This document shows positions 55,382 through 64,000 of a DNA stretch of 64,000 nucleotides, in pieces. Position numbers and translations under genes: made by a program. Position 1 is the first letter of the stretch, and every line of letters starts with the position of its first letter. The stretch is taken from the IMG/VR virus record IMGVR_UViG_3300001528_000425, positions 64,001-128,000 of that record; one strand, 5' to 3'. Under the pieces are notes generated by a model that had not been told where the DNA came from, did no database searches, and was given only the letters and a program-made list of their open reading frames with translations. Origin of the DNA: a virus. Taxonomy: Duplodnaviria > Caudoviricetes.

Positions 55382-56344
55382 TTATCGAGTTTTCAGAACT
55401 CCAGTCATAGCAGCGCTCACCTGGTTATCAAGCCAAGTGAATCTTACTGTTGTGACACGAAGACTGGATGTGATGAAGTCTTGAACTTTCTTTCGGTCAG
55501 CAACTCGCTGCTGTACTCTGGTGACGATGACAGGGTCTGTGTTGGCACGAACCAACGCGTTCACTTCACGCTCCAGAGATTTGACAGCGGAGATCACATT
55601 CTTCTCAGCTTGCTTCGAAGAAGTGTTCTCAGATGCTGCAAGAAGCATACCTTCAACGATCCTGGCGATCGTATCGTAAGTCCAGCCCTGATCCTTGAGT
55701 GTAGTCAGCTTGGAGGATTTGGTGAACCCAGATACATCAACCAACTTACCGTCGATCAACTTGCAACCGAACTCCTCAGTGGCAGTTACCACGAAACGAT
55801 CAAGATGCTCAGAAATAGAAACTCCACTCGCGCTTTGGATTTCCTTATTCATCGCAATGATCTGCTGGAGTAAATCAACAGCTTCACCATAAGAAGTAAT
55901 CGTAGTCTTGTAACCCTTGATACGTTCCTTTCGACCTTCTTCCGTGATGGACATCAGGTACTGTTGGAACTTCAAGAATTTACGCTGAGAACGATAGTAC
56001 TGATCGAAGATCATCTTGAAAAGATCAATAGCGGTCGTGTACATCCACTCGATCATTTTCTTGAGACCTTCGATGATAGTAGCGATCGTTTTCCCAGCAC
56101 CAAGACTAACCGTAAACAAACCTTCATTCGCCGGAGACACTTCTTCCAGATACTGGATAACCGACTCCGGGATGGATTGATCTGCTTCCAACCTTGACAC
56201 AATGGCAAGTTGTTCTATGCCACGGTAGAGGTTGTGTTCGATATCTTGGATCGCTTGGATTTTGTCATGGATGAGAGTCATCCCGACGAATTCAGACGAA
56301 GCCAGAAATCTGGAGGGAATTTCGAGTTCCGTTAATTGACTCAT
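55382..56344 (-). CDS. Internal head protein (phiKZ gp92/93-like)
   Basis: PANE|G site followed by an amphipathic helix; position after gp89/90. Confidence 0.6.
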   Translation of the reverse strand: MSQLTELEIPSRFLASSEFVGMTLIHDKIQAIQDIEHNLYRGIEQLAIVSRLEADQSIPESVIQYLEEVSPANEGLFTVSLGAGKTIATIIEGLKKMIEWMYTTAIDLFKMIFDQYYRSQRKFLKFQQYLMSITEEGRKERIKGYKTTITSYGEAVDLLQQIIAMNKEIQSASGVSISEHLDRFVVTATEEFGCKLIDGKLVDVSGFTKSSKLTTLKDQGWTYDTIARIVEGMLLAASENTSSKQAEKNVISAVKSLEREVNALVRANTDPVIVTRVQQRVADRKKVQDFITSSLRVTTVRFTWLDNQVSAAMTGVLKTR

Positions 56345-56356
56345 TGTTTCCTCCTA

Positions 56357-57361
56357 TTAACAGCATGCTTCGCAGGGAACGTCTTCTCCGTAGAGTCCGG
56401 TCTGACGATCTTTGCCGTGAAGCATCCAATCCAGGATCAAATACTCCATCACATCTTGCTGACCGGAGCGAGTTGGACGAAATACTTCTCCCTTAGAGAG
56501 CCAGTATTCCCGATTGGCCAGGTCGATGCAGATGGCTGCTTGACCGGTAGCATGTTCATACTGATGGACAGCAGCTCTGGCTTCATCGTAGAGACCCCAA
56601 CGGAGATGATCATCTGACAACCGACGCTGCAGTCGACTAACATCTTTCTGCAAGATATCGATGTCGACGTGCCCGTTCTTCAGCCAGATAGCGGCAGTAA
56701 AGAAATCACACAACAGAGAACGACCGATGGGTTCTTCAATGAATCGTGCGAACTCAGCCGAGAACGCGTCTCGATTCCAGATCTGTTCTTCTAATCCGGA
56801 CTTGTAGAACACAGTATCGAAGAACCGGTAGATAAGTTCCCCGTAAACGGTTTTGGTATTGGGAGAGTGCTTCTGGTGATAGATCTCTCTCATGTGAAGT
56901 CCAGAATTGTTGGACTCCATGTGATTGAGACCCAGACAGACTCTCGAAAGGATGGAACTCGGTTCGGCCATGAAAGAGTTGTTACACACTTCCATGATCA
57001 ATTGAGCAACACCTTCTGATACTCTGATCATCTTGGGGAATCTCAACTGCCAGCTGATCTCACGAAGTTGTTTGCGGATGCATTCGTAGAAATGCATCTT
57101 CACTCTCGGCATGAGTTCAGCTTTGGCGATTTCATAAGCCTCCCCGTAAGAAGGCGCATAGATGCCAACGTTCTCGCAATACACTTGCAGCAACGTTTCC
57201 TCGAAGACGAATGGACATTGTCGGATGAGCTCAACCAACTTGAGATTACGGAGGATCTCCGTTTCAGTCAGAGGTCTCTGTTCATCGACCTTTCCACGTT
57301 GCATCTTGAGGATGTCTTTCCCAGTATCGCAACCGGGGATGGAGATGTCAGGTCTCAACAT
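56357..57361 (-). CDS. Hypothetical virion protein (in the position of phiKZ gp91)
   Basis: 334 aa; RBS AAGGAGG; within the head operon. Confidence 0.65.
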   Translation of the reverse strand: MLRPDISIPGCDTGKDILKMQRGKVDEQRPLTETEILRNLKLVELIRQCPFVFEETLLQVYCENVGIYAPSYGEAYEIAKAELMPRVKMHFYECIRKQLREISWQLRFPKMIRVSEGVAQLIMEVCNNSFMAEPSSILSRVCLGLNHMESNNSGLHMREIYHQKHSPNTKTVYGELIYRFFDTVFYKSGLEEQIWNRDAFSAEFARFIEEPIGRSLLCDFFTAAIWLKNGHVDIDILQKDVSRLQRRLSDDHLRWGLYDEARAAVHQYEHATGQAAICIDLANREYWLSKGEVFRPTRSGQQDVMEYLILDWMLHGKDRQTGLYGEDVPCEACC

Positions 57362-57372
57362 GAGTCACCTCC

Positions 57373-58356
57373 TTAGTTGCTGTAGTATTCGTCGAGTTCT
57401 CGATCCATCTTGGCGATCATGCCCTGATAATTGGCGATGATCTTGGCCATACGCTGGTATTCGGGAGTATTCGGATCGACGTTGTCGAGATCAAGCTTCA
57501 TGAGATCCACTTGAGCCTTGAGAAGCTTCCGTTCCGCATCGAGTTTCCGCATCTTGCGATCCTTGCGATCGAAGAACCAGTTACCGATACCACGGAAGAT
57601 GCCGATGCCTTCCGCACTGGATGCCAGAAGATCCGGCGGCAGTTTGCCGAGAGAGACTTTGGCGAACTTGACATTGCTGACGTTCTCGTTTCCGACCAGA
57701 AGAATATCCGTACCGTTTTTGACGTAGTCACGCAGAGCGTTGACGAAGTTCTTCTCGGCACCACTGTTGATGATACGGTTGGTCAGATCAGCGAACCGTT
57801 TGAAGTTGGTGTTCATGAACTCGACGAGGTACGGCGCCGGTGCAGGAACATCGGTGCAGATCGACGTCACAATAGCGGATTCGAGCGACACGAGATATTT
57901 GCCGTAGAAATCCGCTTCCTCAGCCAGACCGAGGATGACCGCATGGGACATCTTGGTGGAGAAGATCGTCAGGGTCTTTCCGGCAACGAAATCATCGATA
58001 CCACGAATGATCTGATCCGTGATCGAGTTGTAGGTCTGTGCTGCCATCATGAATGAGGCAAACAGGGAATTGGACTCCATCTTGCTGGCAGTGCCGATCA
58101 ACGACTTGGCGATCTGTTGGTAGAGATGAACTCCGAACTGAGTTTTGAGATCGGGATTGCGTACCAGCATGATTTCTTGTTTCATCTTCGGAAGAAACGG
58201 CTCAAGATTGGAGATGAACGTCATGCCGCTCAGCAGGCTTTGCCGGTTGGTGTCCAGATGATCAAGGATCTGTTCCTTGGTGATCGTTGCGAACTTGGTT
58301 TTCGCAGCGAGACCTGCAGTCACTGCAGAGTCGAGTTTGTCGATGGGAAGAGCCAT
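57373..58356 (-). CDS. Inner head protein (phiKZ gp90-like)
   Basis: C-terminal IFRGIGNWF..ERKLLKAQVDLMKL..IAKMDRELDEY coiled coil. Confidence 0.7.
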   Translation of the reverse strand: MALPIDKLDSAVTAGLAAKTKFATITKEQILDHLDTNRQSLLSGMTFISNLEPFLPKMKQEIMLVRNPDLKTQFGVHLYQQIAKSLIGTASKMESNSLFASFMMAAQTYNSITDQIIRGIDDFVAGKTLTIFSTKMSHAVILGLAEEADFYGKYLVSLESAIVTSICTDVPAPAPYLVEFMNTNFKRFADLTNRIINSGAEKNFVNALRDYVKNGTDILLVGNENVSNVKFAKVSLGKLPPDLLASSAEGIGIFRGIGNWFFDRKDRKMRKLDAERKLLKAQVDLMKLDLDNVDPNTPEYQRMAKIIANYQGMIAKMDRELDEYYSN

Positions 58357-58390
58357 AGCTTCTTATATCCTTAATTGAATTTGGTTGCGG

Positions 58391-59434
58391 TTAGAAGCGC
58401 GGGGCCATACCTTGCGCCATGAGTGTGACGAGATCTTTAAGCGCGGCATCGGAGCTTGCGGATTTCCCAGCGTTCTTGATCATGTTGTAAGTGTAAGAAC
58501 CAGCCGTTTCGATGCCGTTCATGTAGAGATCAACCGTCAGGTATGACGGGTCAACAATGACCAGCATTGTGGACATAGAAGCTTTGAAGAAGGCTTGCCG
58601 ATCTTTGAAATTCCTGATGTTCACACCGGCTTCCGTCGCCGCTTTGGAGAAAGAAGTTTTCTCAGCGATGATGATAACGTTGGAAGCGTTCCGCCTCGGT
58701 TCGGAGATACCGATGGTGCTCTTGATCTTCTTGGCGAGAGACGCTGATTTGTGGTCTTCCAGTTCGCGAAGGATGCCGTCCTTGTCGGCTTTGAGGATCT
58801 TGCCACGTTCGGCGATTTCATCCATACTGAGGATCAGATCACGCCAGAAACGGATTTCACCGGCTTGCCATGCTTGCAGACGACGTTTCCAAGTCGGATG
58901 GAAATTCATCTTGATGAAACCGGTCACAACTTCAGTCGGCAGAATGTACGGAATGAGCTGGACGTAGATGTAAACCGAGAAGTTGTTCTCTTTGGTACCG
59001 AGATTCACTTCAAAGACTCGACCGTTATAGAAACGCCCGTCCTTGTTGACGATGTCAACTTCCTGCGCTTCCGTTGCCGAGACGATCTCGTCATCGAGAC
59101 CGAATTCATTGCCGATGACTTCAACGGCATCGACGAATGATTCGGTCGCAACGATCTTGAGAAGTTGACGGACCGTACGACCGGACCGAACGAGTTCCTG
59201 CAGACGCAGCGCCGTGAGAATATAACCCACTGTGATTTGATTGAGCATCGACAGCAGAGGCTGCATGATCTCTTCTTCAGTAAGTCCTTGATCGATGTAC
59301 AACCGCATCAGAACGTTGGTGTCTTTGGTGAATTCCGTAAGACTCGAAATGCTTCGATCTTTCGCATCTTTGGCGAAATCGAAAAGGTCTTTCGCAGTCT
59401 GCGCGGCGTTTCCAACTTGCGCGAGGGTTACCAT
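58391..59434 (-). CDS. Inner head protein (phiKZ gp89-like)
   Basis: SLTEFTK, ATE cleavage sites, RLQAWQAGEIRFWRDLIL and C-terminal GMAPRF. Confidence 0.8.
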   Translation of the reverse strand: MVTLAQVGNAAQTAKDLFDFAKDAKDRSISSLTEFTKDTNVLMRLYIDQGLTEEEIMQPLLSMLNQITVGYILTALRLQELVRSGRTVRQLLKIVATESFVDAVEVIGNEFGLDDEIVSATEAQEVDIVNKDGRFYNGRVFEVNLGTKENNFSVYIYVQLIPYILPTEVVTGFIKMNFHPTWKRRLQAWQAGEIRFWRDLILSMDEIAERGKILKADKDGILRELEDHKSASLAKKIKSTIGISEPRRNASNVIIIAEKTSFSKAATEAGVNIRNFKDRQAFFKASMSTMLVIVDPSYLTVDLYMNGIETAGSYTYNMIKNAGKSASSDAALKDLVTLMAQGMAPRF

Positions 59435-59509
59435 AACTTGATACTCCTAGTTAACAGGGGTTGTTTGAAATGCAAAGTTTTAAAATGGACTAGAATAAGC
59501 CAAATTTAC

Positions 59510-59518
59510 CATAGTATG
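59510..59518. promoter_or_regulatory. Candidate bidirectional late promoter CATAGTATG
   Basis: Reads CATnnTATG on both strands, between divergent structural operons. Confidence 0.55.
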
Positions 59519-59605
59519 TTAAGCCGTACTCCATGTATTGAAAGCCACTATACGTTTCTTTAATACAGGTGTGGTAAATGATATAACTTGGAGGAAATAA
59601 ACCAT

Positions 59606-60844
59606 ATGAGTTCAAAAGTACCTGAATATAAACAACCAATGAATACCGAAGGAACCGACGGATTCTGGTTGGATGAAAAGGTTGCAGGAACGAAGGCCAA
59701 GACAGATGTCTCCGCTAAGCATTTGGCCGCGGCACGACAAGACTTAGATCTTGTTCAATGGGAACAACAGTTCAGCGATGCTCCTCGTAAATACACGGTC
59801 AATCGTAATGCGATTCCATATTTGAACGAGCGACTGGAATCCTACATCACTCGAGCAGCTTATGTTGCAGGTGGTGCCGGAGGTTATTACGATCAGTTCG
59901 CGACGTTCTTTCGAGGACTGGACCGGTTCAAACGTAACATGCTTCCGTCCAACTCGGAACACCATGGATTCACGTTTATCACCAGACCGCGTTTGAATCT
60001 TACAGATGTCCAGTTGGCACAAGATCGTTGCTTCGCTCCGTTGAACAACGAAGACCCACAATCTGTCCCTTTCATGATCAGAGCATTGTTGGATACCCAA
60101 TGGGCGAGAGATCATTACAAGGAGGCGACGATCAGTCCTCTGTTGAACTACTATTCTCCGTGGCTAACTCCTGTCGTCAATGCTTTGACTTCTATGACAG
60201 GATGGCCCGATCCGACTCTCTACACGGAAACCACAGAAGGTGGATTCTTTCAGGAAGACATGACCGTGGCGATCGGTGGTGATCGTATGTCCAAGACCTA
60301 CGAAGTGAACGTCACCTTCAAAGACATCCAGGGTGGTCCCATCATGGCGATCTTCGATTACTGGACGAAATGGATGGCGAATGCCTGTGATGGTGTGATG
60401 ATGCCTTACGCCGATGCCATCGATAAGAATCGACTTGATTACACAGTATCGATCTATCGGTTCGCTACCGATCCCACCAGACGGTTCATCACGAAGTTCG
60501 CCAAGGGAACCGGATGTTTTCCAAAATCCGTACCTCTCGGAGCGGTATTCAATGTCAACCAAGGTGAGATCTTCTCGGAAGGTTCGGCTACTGTGACAGT
60601 TCCGTTCGTGATCAACCACATCTCTTACAACGATCCGATCATCATCACGGAGTTCAATCAGTTGGCGGATCGTTACGCCAAAGGGATGTGGGCGAATGAT
60701 AAACTCCCAGTGGACGAGGAACGTCCATACGCTCCGCAGCCGATTAATAACTTCTGCGGATTGCCTTACATCATCACCGGAAAGAACAGAACAGAACTGA
60801 TCTTCAGGAGACTGAAAGAAGAAGCTGGTTTGTTCCTGAACTAA
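59606..60844 (+). CDS. Virion structural protein (phiKZ gp88-like, tail-tube-related/baseplate)
   Basis: Start set at ATG 59606 (RBS GGAGG); HGFTFITRPRLNL, GWPD, DYTVSIYR and GCFP motifs. Confidence 0.8.
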   Translation: MSSKVPEYKQPMNTEGTDGFWLDEKVAGTKAKTDVSAKHLAAARQDLDLVQWEQQFSDAPRKYTVNRNAIPYLNERLESYITRAAYVAGGAGGYYDQFATFFRGLDRFKRNMLPSNSEHHGFTFITRPRLNLTDVQLAQDRCFAPLNNEDPQSVPFMIRALLDTQWARDHYKEATISPLLNYYSPWLTPVVNALTSMTGWPDPTLYTETTEGGFFQEDMTVAIGGDRMSKTYEVNVTFKDIQGGPIMAIFDYWTKWMANACDGVMMPYADAIDKNRLDYTVSIYRFATDPTRRFITKFAKGTGCFPKSVPLGAVFNVNQGEIFSEGSATVTVPFVINHISYNDPIIITEFNQLADRYAKGMWANDKLPVDEERPYAPQPINNFCGLPYIITGKNRTELIFRRLKEEAGLFLN

Positions 60845-60859
60845 TAAAAGGACTCTACA

Positions 60860-63800
60860 ATGAGTATTTCAGAGAAACTAGCATCGAATATCTTGCAGAA
60901 TCCTCTTCTTCTGCAACGAGCTATGCTGCAACAGTATGAAGATGATATCGGCGGTCTCATCGTCGATCCGAACCACACTGTTGGTTACATACTCGAGATG
61001 GCAAGTGAAGTAACTGCCAGTGCGATCAACGAGATCAACAATACCACGGAGGGATTGTATCCAGTTCGTGCGCAAGTCTCCACTGATCTGTACAAACACA
61101 TGAGCGATTATGATTATGTCGGCATGTTCGGTTCTCCAGCATCCTGTCAGATGTCGATCATCTTGGACAAGTATTACATCCTGGAGAAGGCTGTTAAATA
61201 CAATGACAACTACAGTAAGGTTGTCATCCCGAGGAATACTGTGTTTACGATTGGTGACTACGTATTCGGATTGTATTATCCGATCGAGATCCGAGTCAAT
61301 CGCGCTTCACGTACTTTCTCAGTGATCCAAGATACCACGGTGGATAATCCGATCCACACATTGACACAAAACATCCTGGAACATCGATTCATGCGAGATG
61401 ATACGATGGAGTTCCTCGCCATCTCTGTCCCGGTGTATCAGTTCAAGAGAGATCTCTACACGAACACCATCACGGCAAGTGCTGGATTCAATCAGAAGTT
61501 CTCTTATACTGACCGTTTCTACGCGGTACGAATCTTTACCAATATTCAGGACAAGAAAGATCCTACTGTCTACAATTGGGGAGAACTGTCGCAGACTCTG
61601 TCCAATCAGATCTACGATCCGGAGACTCCGACAGCGATCGTTCAGGTTCTGACTGAAACCAGTCAGGTACAGATCCAGATTCCTCAGGTATACCTGTCGA
61701 GTTACATGATCCGAGGGGAGATCAAGATCGAAGTCTACTCTACCAAGGGAGCCATCGAGTACACGATCCCTGTCATCGAGGGAAGTACACCAGCGATGAT
61801 GAAGTTCTCAACGGCAGAACTTTCGGACGATGAAGCCAAGTATTCAGAACCACTTCGGTTGAGTTCTGTACTCTTGATTCAGCCGATCGATACCGTGATC
61901 ACGGGTGGCTCGAACGGATACAACTTCGAAGAGCTTCGGGAGAATGTCATCCAGGATACCTTCTCGGTAAATGCTCCCATTACTCCTGGAGACGTACAGA
62001 ACTACTTCAAGAAGCAAGGATTTATTGTCACGAAATATCGTGACGGTATTACCGATCGTATTTTCCTCTGTCATCAGAAAGTCACTGATGGTGTGTCTGG
62101 AGCCACGATCGCAGCTGCTTCACTGAATACGCAGTTCAGTACGGACATCAAGAAGAACGTATCTGGGATCATTCAGCACAGTTCTTCGTTGTTCACCTTC
62201 CTACCTTCGATCGTTTACGAGTATCAGCAAGCCAAGAATTCTTGTATTCCACTGTCCGATGGAGAGATGCAACGCATTGCTGCATTGCCGGCAGCTCAGC
62301 GCATTGCGGAATTTAACAACCGCATGTTGACGATCTCTCTGTTCCATATCCAGTTGGATATCAGTGATCGGTACCCTCTGGCAACGGCTTATGATCTCAG
62401 AGCACCTAAAGTTCTCTCCAACGAGTTCATCGGTGAAAATCCTGAAGTCATCACGCAGTTGTCGCTTTACTCTTATTCACTCACTTCCGTCAAGAACGGA
62501 ACGGGTGGATTTGATTTAATCCTTCTGATATCCAGAACGGACGATATCAAGAATCTTCTTGCTGTCGGTGACAACAACATCGCGAATATTCGGGTTCTGA
62601 TTGCAACCACCAACATCTATCAGAAACAGGTGTGGGCTGAAGCGACATATCAGAATCGAGTCGATGACAGAGATGTATTTAAACTTCACATCAATACGGA
62701 TTATCAACTGTCACAAACGGATGGAAATCATGCCCTCTGGACAACTGATACTTTCACTGACAATGTTCAGGATGGAACTCATCCGATCTTCTTAACAAAC
62801 GAATTTCACATCGTTTTGACCTTGAGAGAATCGGTACTGGGGGACATCGGAAGCGTCACCAAATCGATTGAGACTTCTTTACCTTACGGTTGGGGCGACT
62901 ACGTTGCCGTATCCGAACAGAGAATGTCCATTCAATTGGGAGAACCGATCGGTGAACTGTTCAACAAGATCAGTCTTGCGTTCAAAGGCGAGGAATATCT
63001 CAAGTACACTACAACGAAGTTCTCCGTCCTGCAACAGACGGAGTATGAACGTGATGTGAACACGGGTATGCTCGTCTATGAAATCGTCGATGGACAGGTT
63101 GTATTGAAAGAGGCCTTCCCGAAAGGTACGCTGGCACTTGTCGCGGCTGGTATTAAACCAGAATTCACGATCAAGGATGCTTATACTTCCGTGGTTGGGC
63201 AAGAGTCTGTGATCAACGGCACGTATTATGCTGTCGACGAGAAGAGCATGAATGCACTGTCTTCTGACCACGATGAGTGGCAGATGGACTTGCACAACAT
63301 GGGTGTAAATGGAGACGAGATCTGGAACTACAAATTCGTGGCGATGGATGCTCTCAGACTGGCACTTGAGTGCTGTGCTCCTGTTCCGAATAAGGAACAA
63401 CTCCCGTCACGTGGTTATGCGAACATGTTCGTATGGGTCAATGATGCTCGAGTGTTCGATGTCGACGGCGTTGCTTCCATCGATCCTCCGATCTATGGCA
63501 TCGTCAAGACAGATGGATCTGGTGACGATACGATCGGTCGGTTGTATCTGTGGACTGCTGATAAATGGACAGCTATGGTTGGAGGAGTCTCTCTCGATGA
63601 CACCAAGACCAAGGTTCGCGAAGACAATGCAACTACCGTCGCGGATTCAGAAGGGCAGCCTGTCTCCAAAGATCCGATCTATCACGGCTATGCGTATGCC
63701 ATGTACCTGAATACTGACAGCTCGTCTACTCTCCAGTATCTGTCGTATCTCGGGATGCAAGCTGCTGTTGTAGCAGGTGATGTGAAGACAGGAACAGAAC

Positions 63801-64000
63801 CACTGTATCCGTCGTTCGCTCATCTGATCGGAGAAGCTCAAGATCCGTTGAAATGGGAAGATCATATCAATCAGTGGCCGTGGGATGTAACTGAGTGGTA
63901 TCGAGTAGCTAATGCTACGTTCACGTTCAAGTTGGGAGGAGTTGAGTACACCAGAGAATACAAACGTTGTTATCTGGATGAAACGATCAATCTCCAATTG
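60860..64000 (+). CDS. Baseplate protein (phiKZ gp87-like), partial (runs off the window end)
   Basis: ATG 60860, RBS AAAGGA; LYPVRAQ..DLYKHMSDYDYVGMFGSPA, YPIEIRV and TGGSNG motifs; no ORF ending in this frame appears in the track, so it is inferred open for >1040 codons. Confidence 0.8.
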   Translation, partial: MSISEKLASNILQNPLLLQRAMLQQYEDDIGGLIVDPNHTVGYILEMASEVTASAINEINNTTEGLYPVRAQVSTDLYKHMSDYDYVGMFGSPASCQMSIILDKYYILEKAVKYNDNYSKVVIPRNTVFTIGDYVFGLYYPIEIRVNRASRTFSVIQDTTVDNPIHTLTQNILEHRFMRDDTMEFLAISVPVYQFKRDLYTNTITASAGFNQKFSYTDRFYAVRIFTNIQDKKDPTVYNWGELSQTLSNQIYDPETPTAIVQVLTETSQVQIQIPQVYLSSYMIRGEIKIEVYSTKGAIEYTIPVIEGSTPAMMKFSTAELSDDEAKYSEPLRLSSVLLIQPIDTVITGGSNGYNFEELRENVIQDTFSVNAPITPGDVQNYFKKQGFIVTKYRDGITDRIFLCHQKVTDGVSGATIAAASLNTQFSTDIKKNVSGIIQHSSSLFTFLPSIVYEYQQAKNSCIPLSDGEMQRIAALPAAQRIAEFNNRMLTISLFHIQLDISDRYPLATAYDLRAPKVLSNEFIGENPEVITQLSLYSYSLTSVKNGTGGFDLILLISRTDDIKNLLAVGDNNIANIRVLIATTNIYQKQVWAEATYQNRVDDRDVFKLHINTDYQLSQTDGNHALWTTDTFTDNVQDGTHPIFLTNEFHIVLTLRESVLGDIGSVTKSIETSLPYGWGDYVAVSEQRMSIQLGEPIGELFNKISLAFKGEEYLKYTTTKFSVLQQTEYERDVNTGMLVYEIVDGQVVLKEAFPKGTLALVAAGIKPEFTIKDAYTSVVGQESVINGTYYAVDEKSMNALSSDHDEWQMDLHNMGVNGDEIWNYKFVAMDALRLALECCAPVPNKEQLPSRGYANMFVWVNDARVFDVDGVASIDPPIYGIVKTDGSGDDTIGRLYLWTADKWTAMVGGVSLDDTKTKVREDNATTVADSEGQPVSKDPIYHGYAYAMYLNTDSSSTLQYLSYLGMQAAVVAGDVKTGTEPLYPSFAHLIGEAQDPLKWEDHINQWPWDVTEWYRVANATFTFKLGGVEYTREYKRCYLDETINLQL

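Noticed and set aside
1-64000. Stop-codon reassignment, CRISPR array, transposase/integrase, inteins or introns in RNAP, pol or topo genes
   Set aside because: Core genes are intact in the standard code and TAA, TGA and TAG all occur as stops; I saw no regularly spaced direct repeats and no splicing, homing-endonuclease or recombinase motifs

Overview
This window is a 64 kb segment of a phiKZ-related jumbo myophage genome (Chimalliviridae-like), translated with the standard genetic code. Family assignments come from motifs I recognise, not from a database search, so the phiKZ gp numbers are provisional. Structural genes: tail sheath and tube, portal, baseplate/tail proteins (gp127/128, gp87/88-like) and inner-head proteins (gp89/90/92/93/162-like). 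Transcription and replication genes: three split multisubunit RNA polymerase subunits (nvRNAP gp123-like; vRNAP gp149- and gp80-like), a split family-B DNA polymerase subunit, RNase HI and a two-gene type IIA topoisomerase (GyrA/GyrB-like). Others: a GroEL-like chaperonin, dCMP deaminase, a DUF488 protein, tRNA-Gln(UUG) and many hypothetical proteins. Regulatory sites are clear: phiKZ-type early promoters (TATATTAC), a candidate late motif (CATnnTATR) and long-stem terminators. No chmA (nuclear shell) gene is recognisable. Features the gene annotation does not explain: (1) four separate 220-415 nt intergenic regions that fold into closed multibranch RNA structures, at 22.8, 34.2-34.6, 35.0-35.2 and 39.8-40.05 kb; (2) a virion RNAP subunit with a ~340 aa N-terminal extension flanked by prohead-protease-type sites, possibly a cargo polyprotein; (3) an AT-rich ~105 bp palindrome upstream of the RNase H leader; (4) two tiny hydrophobic peptides that each have a promoter, RBS and terminator.
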